From IMG/VR virus record IMGVR_UViG_3300020426_000008, positions 1-44,675 of that record: a stretch of 44,675 nucleotides of DNA. One strand, given 5' to 3'. Positions within the stretch are counted from its first letter, which is position 1, and the number at the start of each line of letters is the position of its first letter. The notes beneath the pieces were generated by a model, which ran no database searches, had not been told where the DNA came from, and saw nothing but the letters and a program-made list of their open reading frames with translations. Source of the stretch: a virus (Duplodnaviria > Caudoviricetes). The translations under genes and the position numbers were made by a program. Shown piece by piece: positions 25,259 to 36,100 of this stretch.

Positions 25259-27033
25259 TGGCCGTCTATCCGCTCTACAAGGTCGCGACGCCGTACAATG
25301 CGGGGGAACTCGCCGATCTCGATTTCGTGCAGTCGTTCGACACGATCTATCTGGCGCATGAATTCTATGCGCCGGCGAAGATGGTGCGCAACGATCACGA
25401 CGATTGGGAATTCTCCTACGTCACGTTCTCGCCTGGCATCGAAGCGCCGACAAGCGTGTCAGCGACTGCGACCGTCGCGAACACCGATTCCGCGAACTCG
25501 GGCGATGGGTACTTCCCGCAAAGCTATTCCTACATCGTGGCTGCGGTGAACGCCGATGGGCAGGAAAGCCGCGGGTCGACGCCGGACAGCGCGACGAATG
25601 ACACTGAACTGCCGCGCAATTACACCACGATCAGCTGGACAGCGCCCGCGGGCACGGTCGACTATTACCGGGTCTATAAGGCGCACGAGAGCGGAAGCTA
25701 CGGCTTCATCGGCGAAACGGACAGCACCTCTTTCACCGACGACGGTTTCCAGCCCGACTATTCGGACGCGCCGATCGAGGCGTATGATCCGTTCGATGGC
25801 GCCGGCGACTATCCCGCCCGCCTCGGTTTCTGGGAACAGCGACTGTGGATGGGGCGCACCGGCAACAACCCGAATGCGCTGTTCGCATCGCGCACGGCCG
25901 ACTTCGAGAATATGGACTTCGCCCGGCCGCAACGCGAGAATGACAGCATCGCGATGTCGATCTCGACTGGCGAGAGCAACCTGATCGAAGCGATCATCCC
26001 GCTTGACCGGCTCCTGATCGGCACGAGCGACAATATCTTTTCGCTGTTCGGCCCGAACGACGGCATTCTCGTGCCCACTCCTCCGCCCGGCGCGAAGCGT
26101 CATGTCGGGCGCGGGATCGCGCAGCCGAAGCCGGTGGTGATTGGCGAGAATGCCTTCTATCAGCCGCGCGTCGAAAGCGGTGTGCGCTCGCTTGGGTACA
26201 CCTTCGAAGTCGACGGGTACAAGTCGAGCGACGTCTCGATCTTCGCGCCGCACCTGTTCCAGAATCGTCGCATCAAGCGCTGGGCGTACCAGGCCGAACC
26301 GGTGTCGGTGGTCTGGATGGTGATGGATGACGGCGACGTGCTGGCCTTCACATGGGAGGCCGAGCAGCAGGTATGGGGCTTCACCGAGATCGATCTCGGC
26401 GGTGTGGCGCTCGATGTCGCAGCTATCCCCGAAGGCGAAGAGACGCGCGTCTATTTCGTGGTCGAACGCCAGATCAACGGCGAGACGGTGCGCTATGTGG
26501 AAATCCTCAACCGCATCAAGTGGACCGATTTCAAGCAAGCCTCGCATCTCGACGCATCACGCATCTATGAATTCGACGAGCCCGTGACCGAAGTGACCGG
26601 CCTGCAGCACCTTGAAGGCGAGACGGTGGGCGTGCTGGCCGATGGCTATTCGACGACGAAGGTTGTCACTGATGGCGCGATCACGGTCGACGAGCCAGCG
26701 ACGAAGTTCGTCGTGGGGCTCAAGTTCGACGCGATCATCGAAACCATGCCGCTGCCGCCCGAGCCGAACAAGAAGATCACTGGCGAGATATACGTCGAAA
26801 TGATCGACAGCTTCGACGTCTTCGCCGGGCGCGAAGAGGACAATCTCGAATTGATCACCACGCGCGAAGAAGGTTCGATCGGCCCGCCTGTGCCGTTCAC
26901 TGGCGTTCCGGATCCTGCGCGCCCCGACCAGGTCGTCGATCGCAACGCGACGATCATCGTCAAGCAAACCTCCCCCTATCCGCTGATCGTGACCGCTGTG
27001 CATTACGGCGTGGAGGCGAAGGGGCGCGGGTGA
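25258..27033 (+). CDS. Nozzle (tail tubular protein B-like), main part
   Basis: TPYNAGELADLDFVQSFD, YP...FWEQRLW, YQAEPVSVVW, GLQHLEGETV, PYPLIV. Confidence 0.85.
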   Translation: MAVYPLYKVATPYNAGELADLDFVQSFDTIYLAHEFYAPAKMVRNDHDDWEFSYVTFSPGIEAPTSVSATATVANTDSANSGDGYFPQSYSYIVAAVNADGQESRGSTPDSATNDTELPRNYTTISWTAPAGTVDYYRVYKAHESGSYGFIGETDSTSFTDDGFQPDYSDAPIEAYDPFDGAGDYPARLGFWEQRLWMGRTGNNPNALFASRTADFENMDFARPQRENDSIAMSISTGESNLIEAIIPLDRLLIGTSDNIFSLFGPNDGILVPTPPPGAKRHVGRGIAQPKPVVIGENAFYQPRVESGVRSLGYTFEVDGYKSSDVSIFAPHLFQNRRIKRWAYQAEPVSVVWMVMDDGDVLAFTWEAEQQVWGFTEIDLGGVALDVAAIPEGEETRVYFVVERQINGETVRYVEILNRIKWTDFKQASHLDASRIYEFDEPVTEVTGLQHLEGETVGVLADGYSTTKVVTDGAITVDEPATKFVVGLKFDAIIETMPLPPEPNKKITGEIYVEMIDSFDVFAGREEDNLELITTREEGSIGPPVPFTGVPDPARPDQVVDRNATIIVKQTSPYPLIVTAVHYGVEAKGRG

Positions 27034-27470
27034 GGCTCGTCGAAGCAACGCCTGACCACATTCCCCATCTCGCCGCGAATATGCGCGACGCTGACGTGCG
27101 CGAAGTGCGCGCGCTTGGCCGGTCATCCCGGGATGCGCTCGAGGCCGGTCTGCGGGCATCTTTGTGGGCACTGACTGCGATCGACGACGAGCCGGTCGCG
27201 ATGCTTGGCGTGGCGCCGAAATCGATGCTGGAGGGCGTGGGCGTTCCGTGGATGCTGGGGAGCGAGCGGGTCTATTCCAGTGGGAGGGCGCTGCTTTCCT
27301 TCGCCCCGCGTGTGATCGCTGAAATGGAGGCGACGTTCGCGCGCCTCGAGAATGTGGTCGACGCGGACAACGTGCGTGCGCTGCGGTTCCTGCGGTGGTC
27401 GGGTTTTGAGATTTACGGTGCGCCTGTCCAGATTGGCGGCGTGTCGTTTCTGAGGTTCGCCCGTGTGTAA
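27030..27470 (+). CDS. T7 gp13-like/GNAT-fold virion-associated protein
   Basis: MRDADVREV, PWMLGS, LENVVDADNVRALRFLRWSGF. Confidence 0.8.
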   Translation: MRLVEATPDHIPHLAANMRDADVREVRALGRSSRDALEAGLRASLWALTAIDDEPVAMLGVAPKSMLEGVGVPWMLGSERVYSSGRALLSFAPRVIAEMEATFARLENVVDADNVRALRFLRWSGFEIYGAPVQIGGVSFLRFARV

Positions 27471-27960
27471 CCCTGCCCTGCTCGTTGTTGCATCGACCGC
27501 TGTTACGGCCGCGGGCCAGTGGCAGTCGGCCCTCTACGCTTCCCGGTCCGCGCGCTACCAGGCACAGGTCGCGCAGCAGAATAAAGCCTTGGCGCGCGAG
27601 GGCGCGGAAGACGCGATCGTTCAAGGACAGGACCAGCAGCGCCAGCTCGGCCGCGAAGTCGCTGGGCGTATCGGCGCGCAGGAAGCGCGGATGGCGGGCA
27701 ACAACGTCGACATCACGCGCGGTTCGGCCGCCCGGGTTCTCGACGACACGCGCATGATCGGTCGCGAAGATAGCGAAGCGCTGGCTGAGAATATCCGGCG
27801 ACAGGTCAAGTCGCAGCAAATCGACGCATGGAATTACGAGAGCGAAAGCCGCACGCGCGAGGCTGAGGCCAAGCAATCGAAAACTGCCGGCATGTTCTCA
27901 GTCGGCGCGACCGTGCTCGGCGGCGCAACGCAATACGCCAAGTTCAAGGCTGGCGGCTGA
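27463..27960 (+). CDS. Internal virion (ejection) protein, gp14-like
   Basis: MCNP start, Ala/Gln-rich, NVDITRGSA. Confidence 0.8.
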   Translation: MCNPALLVVASTAVTAAGQWQSALYASRSARYQAQVAQQNKALAREGAEDAIVQGQDQQRQLGREVAGRIGAQEARMAGNNVDITRGSAARVLDDTRMIGREDSEALAENIRRQVKSQQIDAWNYESESRTREAEAKQSKTAGMFSVGATVLGGATQYAKFKAGG

Positions 27961-30158
27961 TGGTGCGGGTTCCGACCACGCAGGGCCGGTCGGTCCAAGT
28001 CCAGGGCGAGCCGGGCAACCGCTTCCGCTATGCCGAAGGGCGCGACTTCATGGGCCGCGCGCTGCAGGAGGGCGGACAGGCACTCGGGCAAGCGGCGCGC
28101 GATTGGGACGCGATCGAAGCGACCTATGACGAAGCGGACGCTTTGCGCATCGCGAATGAATTCTCGACCTATGAACGCGAGCGACTGAAAACCGGCGAAA
28201 ACGCCTATCTGACGACACAGGGCTTCAACGCTGGCGAAGGGCGCGAGGTCGCGGTGAAGGATCTCGAAACCGCGTCCGAAAATCTGCTTAAGGGCGCGCG
28301 TTCGAAGCGTGCCCGCGATATGGCGCAGCGGGCGTTGATTGGGAAGATCGACACCGCGCACACCACGATTGCCAACCATGCCGTTTCGCAGATGCGCGTT
28401 GCGCGCACCGAGCAGCGGCAAGCCCAGATGTCGACCGCGCTGACCGACGCGGTGGATGCGCGAGGAACCGATCAGTTCGTGGTCAATCTCAGCGTTGCGC
28501 AAATGGCGCTTGAGCAGATGGCCGCGGATATGGGCTGGTCGCCGGAGAAACTGGCCGAAGAAAGCGAGGCCATGATCTCGGGTGTGCATGGGCAGGTCGT
28601 CCTCGCGATCGACAGCGAAGACGGTGAACCGACTGCGGCGCTGGAATATCTCGACGCGAACAAGGATATGATCGGGCCCGAACTCGAGGCGAAGTTGCGC
28701 AACGGTCTCGCCCCGCGCGTCGATAGCGCATGGGCCGACAATATCGTGCGCGCTGGCGAACTGGTGCAGTACCTGCCGGGTGGCGCGACTCCCGAAGGCG
28801 GTGATGCGCCGGCTGTGGTCGCTGGTGCGCGCGGTGGGGTGGCAACCGAACTCGCGGGCGCTGGTTACTCGGCGGCGGTGATCGCGGGCTTTCTCGGCAA
28901 CTTCGAAGTCGAAGGCGGATATGGCGGCGCGCTCGGCGATAACGGGACAGCATCCGGTATCGCACAGTGGCGGCATGACCGGCGCGAGAATTTCCGGCGC
29001 CAGTTTGGCAAGGAACCGCACCAGGCAACGCACGCCGAACAGGCGAAGTTCGTCGTCTGGGAAATGAACAACCCGGGCGCGGCCGGCATGACGGTAGCGC
29101 AGCGCGACGCGATCCTTGCCGCGCGCACGCCGGAAGAGGCCGCGGAACTGATCGATCGGCATTATGAACGCTCGTCGGGTGCTCACCGCGCGCGCCGGGC
29201 CGAGCACGCGCGCTCGTTCTTCACGGGCGATGCTGGCACACCGGGCATCCCCGCCGACCCTCGCCTGTCGACCGCTTCAATGCGCTCTGCGGTCGATGCT
29301 TATGTCGCCGCCAATCCCGGCATTTCCGAAGCGCGCAAGCAAGCGCTGTACGCCGCCGCCGACCGGGCTGTTGCGGATGGCCGGGCCGAGCGGGCGCAAG
29401 CGGAGGCTGATGTCGATCGTCGGGTCACCGCATGGCTGGTGCAGAATACGCCGGGCGCCGATGATCTTACGTCGATGGGGCAAATTCCCGCGGCGGTGCT
29501 GGAAGGGGCGAGCCCGAACCTGATCGCATCGTTGCAGCAGCGCGTGCAGACTGCAAACTTGCGCATTCAGGCGCGCGAGGACGCGGAGGCCGCGGCTCGG
29601 GTCGAAGCTGTCGAGCGACGCGCACTGGTCGAACTGGAAAGCATGTCCGACGACGAACTACTCGCGACCGATCTGAACGCCTATGTCGGCCGCGCTGATC
29701 CGGTGGTACTGGCGCGCAAGGTCCGCAAGCAAAAGCAACTGCAGTCCTCACCGGGCTCGGTGGTCAGCGCCGACAAGGTTGTCACCGCGACAAACCTCGC
29801 CGCCGAGATCCTCGGGCTTGAACGCGACAAGGACGGCGAAGAATGGGCGCGGCTCCGCGGCGCGATCGAAGCCGAACTCATGGAAATCCCGACCGACCGG
29901 CTCGACAAGGAAACCATTCGCTCGATCGCGGTGGAGCAAACGCAGAAGGTTCGCCTTCCTGGCACCGGCGTCTTCCGCGACGACCGTGTCTATCGGTACG
30001 AACTCGAGCCGGGCCAGCGATACGCTCGCACCGGTGACGCGATCCCCGCGGGCGCACGGGCCTATCTCGATCGCAACTTCCCCAATGTCAGCGACGCGAA
30101 GAAGTTCGAAATCTTCGAGCGAGCCCGCGCGCGCAGTCTCGAATGGACATTCAAATAG
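27960..30158 (+). CDS. Internal virion protein, gp15-like, with phage tail lysozyme domain
   Basis: AGFLGNFEVE..GDNGTASGIAQW..R, Q..FVVWEM, YERS. Confidence 0.8.
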   Translation: MVRVPTTQGRSVQVQGEPGNRFRYAEGRDFMGRALQEGGQALGQAARDWDAIEATYDEADALRIANEFSTYERERLKTGENAYLTTQGFNAGEGREVAVKDLETASENLLKGARSKRARDMAQRALIGKIDTAHTTIANHAVSQMRVARTEQRQAQMSTALTDAVDARGTDQFVVNLSVAQMALEQMAADMGWSPEKLAEESEAMISGVHGQVVLAIDSEDGEPTAALEYLDANKDMIGPELEAKLRNGLAPRVDSAWADNIVRAGELVQYLPGGATPEGGDAPAVVAGARGGVATELAGAGYSAAVIAGFLGNFEVEGGYGGALGDNGTASGIAQWRHDRRENFRRQFGKEPHQATHAEQAKFVVWEMNNPGAAGMTVAQRDAILAARTPEEAAELIDRHYERSSGAHRARRAEHARSFFTGDAGTPGIPADPRLSTASMRSAVDAYVAANPGISEARKQALYAAADRAVADGRAERAQAEADVDRRVTAWLVQNTPGADDLTSMGQIPAAVLEGASPNLIASLQQRVQTANLRIQAREDAEAAARVEAVERRALVELESMSDDELLATDLNAYVGRADPVVLARKVRKQKQLQSSPGSVVSADKVVTATNLAAEILGLERDKDGEEWARLRGAIEAELMEIPTDRLDKETIRSIAVEQTQKVRLPGTGVFRDDRVYRYELEPGQRYARTGDAIPAGARAYLDRNFPNVSDAKKFEIFERARARSLEWTFK

Positions 30159-33100
30159 ATGGCGCCCCCCACCCTTGAAGAGCAGTTTCTCGCCGATGAA
30201 CGCGCGAGGATTGAGCGCGAGCGGGAGCAGGCAAGGCAGGCGCGAGCAGCGGCATCAATCGCACAGCCCGCCAATCCGCAGCGCACGGCCGACGTCAACC
30301 GCCTAGCGCGCGATGTAGGACAGCCCCCGGCCGTCGTCGACGAGCAATACGACGCGATGACGCAATACCGCCGCGCCCGGGCAGCGCGGGAAGCGGCACG
30401 CAAGCAACCGAAGCTTGGCGACTGGCTCGGTGATGAACGCAATGCGGCGCTCGCTCAGGAGGATGTCGGCGTTCTCGAAAGCATCGGCGACACGGTCGCG
30501 GGGTGGTTGCGGTCGAGCGGCGTATCGCGCCAGATGGTAGACAATGCGGAGCGCGGCGTGTTCGCTTCGGATGCGCGCCGGGAGGATGGGTTCTTCGACC
30601 GGATGGGCTCACTGATCGAGCGCGGCGGCGCAGCGGTCGACGAAGGCATCTACAACTTCATCGCTGGCACAACCGGTTCAAGCGTGGCGCGCGATGCTGC
30701 GCGCACCTTGTCGCGCGGTACGACCGGGCAGGAGGTCGCAGGGCAGACGACGTGGGAGGCGGTCAAGAGCGCGCCGACCCTGTCGAATATCGGCGCCTAT
30801 ATCATCGACGCGGGAGCAGAAAGCTTGCCCGCAATGAGCGCGCTGGCCGTGCCCTATGCCGGGATCGGGCTGATCGGCACGTCGCAGACCGGCAACATCG
30901 CTTCCGAGCGTGCGCGCAACAACGGGCGCGACGAAATCAGCGGGCGCGACATCGCGCTGTCGACCGGTTTCGGGTTCGGCGCGGCGGCGTTGGATCGCCT
31001 GGGCTTCAAGGGCATCTTCGGCGGCGCGGGGCGTTCGATTGGCACGCGCATCGGACGCGCGGCTGCGGGGGAGGCGGGCACTGAATTCCTGCAGTCGACG
31101 CTCGAATACACCGGCGGCACGGTCGGGACGCAGGCGGGGTTCGACATTGCCGCGGCGTTCGATCAGGGTCTTGCGGGAGCGGTGGCCGGCGCAGGTATGG
31201 GTGGCGGCATTCGCTCGACGGTGGAGGTTGCGCGCTCGGCCCGTTCGATCGAGGCGGTCGACCGGCTGATGCAACGCTCGGCGGAAAGCCAAGTGCGCCA
31301 GCGTGATCCGGAAAGCTTCCGCACCCTGATCGAGCAGCTGACCGGCGAAGCGTCGGACGGCAACCTCTACGTCTCAGGCGAAACCATCGCGCAGTTCAAC
31401 CAGGACTATGCCGAAGACGAGTTCTGGGGGCAGTTCGCCGAAGAGATCGACGACGCTCGGCTGACCGGCGGCGATGTGGCTATCCCGCTCTCCCGCGCTG
31501 CCGCCGAACTGTCGGGCCGTTCCGATTGGGACGCGATCAAGGGCGATGTGCGCGCGGCGCCGGGCGCGATGACCGCGAACGAAATCGCTGCGGCCGAAGC
31601 CGAGTGGGAAACCATCCGGCGCGAAGCTGGCGAGACGTTGGATGCGCAGGAGCGCGAAGCGCGTGCGGCGCAAGCGCCCGGCGAACGGTTGCGCGGTTCG
31701 ATCCGTGACACGCTGATGTCCCGCGGGATGGATCCTGATCAGGCGGCGGCGAATGCGGAAGTGACCGCGGCGCTGTTCGAAACCGAAGCGGCGAACCTCG
31801 GCTATGATCTGACGGGTCGCGAGTTCGACAAGGCGGTGTCGGTGCAGCGTGTGCTTCCCGGCCTCGTCGCCGATCCCGAAGCTGCCGACATGCTCGACGT
31901 GATCGTCAACGCGATGCGCGGGGGCAAGGACGCGGAGATCGGTGTCGGGTCGACGCTCATGGAATTCATTCGTGAGCGCGGCGGCATTAACGACCCGGGC
32001 GGTGATCTCGCGTCGATGGGGATGCCCGCACGCCTGATCCGCGACTTCGATCCTGATCAGGGTTCGTTCGGCGGCTTGTCGGGCGCCGGTGACTACGGCA
32101 TCGACAGCACCTTGCGCGCAGCGATCGAGGCCGGGTTCTTCCCCGAACTGCAGGGCGTGGAAGCGGAGGCCGGTGTGTCGACGCTCGACACGCAAGCGCT
32201 GCTCGATGCCCTCGGGCGCGAACTGGCGGGCGAACCGGTTTATGCCGAGACGCGTATCGACCAGATGCGCCAAGCGGGTGCGGAACTGCGTGAACTGCTG
32301 GCGGCTGCGGGGTTGGATCCGGATGCGGCTTCGATGGCGGATATTCGGGCTGCGGTTGAGCGGTTCGATGGGGGGCGTGCGTTGGAGCAACGCGGCGTCA
32401 CTCTCGACAGCATCAAGTCGTGGGCGAGCGAGAACGGGCTCGACGTTTCGCTAGTCCAGCGTGAGGGTGAAATCGAGATCAATATGCTTCGCTCGGCGGC
32501 GCAGGGTCGCGGCGTCGGTGGCGAGTTCATGGCTCGCATCGGTTATTGGGCTGACCAAACTGGCACTCGCGTCCTGCTGACGCCTGAAAAGGTTGGCAAC
32601 ACCTCGGTTTCGCGCCTCAAGGCGTTCTACAAGAGGCATGGTTTTGTCGAGAATAAGGGGCGCAACAAGGACTTCTCGACACGCGCGGGCATGATCCGTG
32701 AACCGACCCGTACGCTCAACCAAGTATTCGGCGCGAATGACAATGCCGATGGCGGTGATATTCTGCGCGGATTCGTCGAGTTCATTTCTGACAGCCGCCC
32801 GATCTCGGAGAAGTATCAGGCAGGCGACGTTCTGCTGATCGAGGATCGCTTGGCCGATGTGGTCAGTGGAAACGACACAAGCCTATCGGTGCGCTTCCGC
32901 GATGACGGTAGCGAGCAACTGGTCGACCGGCGCTCGCGAGACGTTACGGTCGCACCCTACCAATTGTGGCAACGCGGCACCGGCCCCCAAGGCCAAATCC
33001 AGTTCACCGAAGGGCAAGCGCTGATCCGCCTGTTCGAAAGCGCGAACGCCTCAACCTTCCAGCACGAAATGGCGCACTTCTGGCTCGAGCGTATGTTCGC

Positions 33101-36100
33101 CAATGCGCGACAATCGCTCGACACTGACGGCAATCCTGCCGCGCGCCAGACCTTCGCCGATGTCGAAGCGATCAAGGCGTGGTTCAAGGACAACGGTCAC
33201 CCGGTCGAAGGCAGCACGATCCCGACCGAAGCGCATGAAATGTTCGCCCGCGCGTGGGAACAGTACTTGATGGAAGGCAAGGCGCCGACCACTCGGCTGC
33301 AGTCAGCCTTCCGCAAGTTCTCGCGCTGGCTCAAGGCGATCTATCGCACGGTCGCCAATCTCAACACGCCGATCACGCCGGAAATCCGCGAAGTCATGGA
33401 TCGGATGCTCGCGACCGAGCAGGAAATCGCCGACGCTGCCGCAACGCGCGCGGCCTATCTGCAGTTCGACAACGCGATCGAAGCGGGCATGTCCGAAGCC
33501 GATGCGCGCCGGTACGCCGAACTGAGCGACCAGGTGCGCAGCGAAGCGGAAGAGCAGTTGGCCGGCAAGGTCATGCGCTCGATCAAGGCGCGCGATCAGA
33601 AACAGTACAAGGAGCAGGAGAAGGCGGTGCGCGCCGAAGTCGCCGAAGCGGTCGACGCGCGCCCCGGCTTCGCTGCCCTCAAGCTGCTCCGGCAAAAAGA
33701 CGGCCCGCGCATCGACAAGGCGTGGCTGCAGGAGAATTTCGGCGATGATGTCTTCGGCATCCTCCCCGCCGGTATGCCCGTCTGGAAGCAGGGCGGTACG
33801 AATCCCGACACACTGGCGGAACTGACCGGGTTTTCGTCGGGCGATCAACTGGTGCGCGAACTCCTTGGTATGGAGGCGCGGCGCCGCGAACTTAAGGAAG
33901 GGGGTGATCAGCGGCCTTTGCGTGAGGTGATCATCGCGCAGGAAACGAAACTGGAAATGGATCGCCGCTTCGGGGATCCGATCGCCGCGGGCACTATCGA
34001 GCGGGAAGCGAACGCGGCAATCCAGAATGACCGGCTCGGCGAGAAGACCGAACTGGAACTGCGGGCGCTAGGCTCGAAGACGAACCGCAAGCCGACGCCG
34101 TACCGCATGGCGCGCGAGTGGGCGCGCGGGCGCATCGAGCAAGGCGTGATTGCCGACATGATCTCGGGCGCTGCGCAATACCGTTACACGCGCACCGCGG
34201 CGAAGGCTGCGCGCGATGCGCAGGCGGCTATCCTTGCAGGCGATATGAACGCGGCTTTCCGACACAAGCAAACCGAAATGCTGCACACCGCGCTGGCCCG
34301 TGAGGCTGCGGAGGCATCCGACCAGGTCGATGTTGCTGTGCGTCGCCTCGGCAAGTTCGCGAAGCAGACCAAGGCGAAGACGCTCCCGCTCGACTATCTC
34401 GATCGCATTCATGCGCTGCTCGAAGGCGTGGAGTTCCGCCAGGTATCGCAGCGCGGGCTCGACCGGCGCAAGGCGCTGCGCGACTGGATCGAAGCCGAAG
34501 AGGCGGAAGGGCGCACGGTCGAATTGCCCGAACGTGTGCTCGACGAGATCGATCAAAAGAATTGGTCGCGTCTCACGGTCGAAGAGTTGATGCTGCTCGA
34601 CGACGCGGTGAAGCAGATTGCCGCGCTCGGCCGGCTCAAGTCGAAGCTGCTGACCGCGAAGAAAGACCGCGAGGTCGAACAGGCCGCGAGCGAAATGGAG
34701 CAGGCGATCATCGCCAGCAAGAAAGGGCCGAAGCCGACGCGCACGCGCGAGACGCTGGGGCACCGCGCAGCATCCGCGTTCAAGTCATTCAAGGCCATGC
34801 ACCGCAAAATGGCCAGCCTCGCCCGCGAAATGGACAGCGTGCAGGACGGTGGCCCGGTCTGGGATAACCTGATCCGCCCGATGATGGAGCGCTTCGACCA
34901 GGAAGCGGAGATGAACCGGGAGGCGACCGAGAAGCTTCTCGACATTCTCTCGCCGTTCTACGGCCGCGACAAGCTCGGGCGTCCGAAGATGGGTGGTAAG
35001 GGTATCTACTTCGACAGCATCGGGCAGTCGTTCAATCTCGAAGAGCGCATGGCGATCGTCGGTCAGATGGGCAACGCGGGCAACCTGCAGCGCCTGATCG
35101 ACGGCGAGCGCGGCGAGTTCGGGTTCCGCTGGTCGATGGAGCAGTTGAACGAGATCAAGGCTTCGCTGACGAAAGAGCAGATGGATGCGGTGCAAGCGAT
35201 CTGGGATTTGTTCGAAAGCTATCGCCCGCTGATCGCCGCGAAGGAGCGGCGGGTGTCGGGTATCGAGCCCGAATGGGTCGAGCCGACGCCGGTCGAAACC
35301 GAGCACGGGACGTACAAAGGCGGTTACTGGCCCATCAAGTACGACCGCAAGCGCACACTCGATGCGCAGCAACAGGCTGACGCCGCCGAAGCCGAGCGCC
35401 AGATGCGCGGCGCTTTCACGGCCGCGACGACGCAGCGCTCTTTCACGAAGTCGCGCGCCGAGCGAGTGACGAACCGGCCCCTGCTCTATAGCCTTTCAGG
35501 CGTCACACAGGGCCTCACCGATGTCGTTCACGATCTCGCGTTCCACGAATACCTGATCGACGCGAACCGCCTCTTGCGGCATCCGAAGGTGTCGAGCGCG
35601 ATGCTCAACTATTACGGACCGGAAGTGATGGAGCAGTTCCGCCGAGGCATCGAAGACGTCGCAGCCGGCGACACGCCAGCGCAGGACGCGTGGGAGCGCG
35701 GCATCAATCATATTCGCATGGGCGCGACGGTCGCGGGGCTCGGGTGGAACCTCAAGACTGCGCTTCTGCAGCCGTTCGGCCTCACGCAGTCGATCGTGCG
35801 CGTGGGCGCGCCGTGGATCGCGCGCGGGGCGTCGCAGTTCTTCGCCTCACCGCTGGAAACCTCCCGGGCGGTTTACGAGCGGTCGAGGTTCATGCGCGAA
35901 CGGTCGAACACTATGCAGCGCGAGATCAACGAAATTCGCAACCGGATCCGCGGGGGAACGCAGGCCGGGGAATTCCTAAATGCCTCATTCTTCTTCATGA
36001 TTACGCGCACGCAGTTGGCGATCGACCTGCCGACCTGGCAGGGGGCGTATGAGAAGGCGATCGCGGAGGGGCGCGACGACGACATGGCAGTAAGCCTTGC

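Noticed and set aside
25115-25262. Programmed frameshift joining the two nozzle ORFs
   Set aside because: No slippery heptamer seen; the TGATG overlap with an RBS indicates reinitiation.
16645-35372. Long antisense ORFs (e.g. 16645-18063, 20977-22761, 26557-27876, 27834-29207)
   Set aside because: Shadow frames of GC-rich genuine genes on the opposite strand; no motifs.
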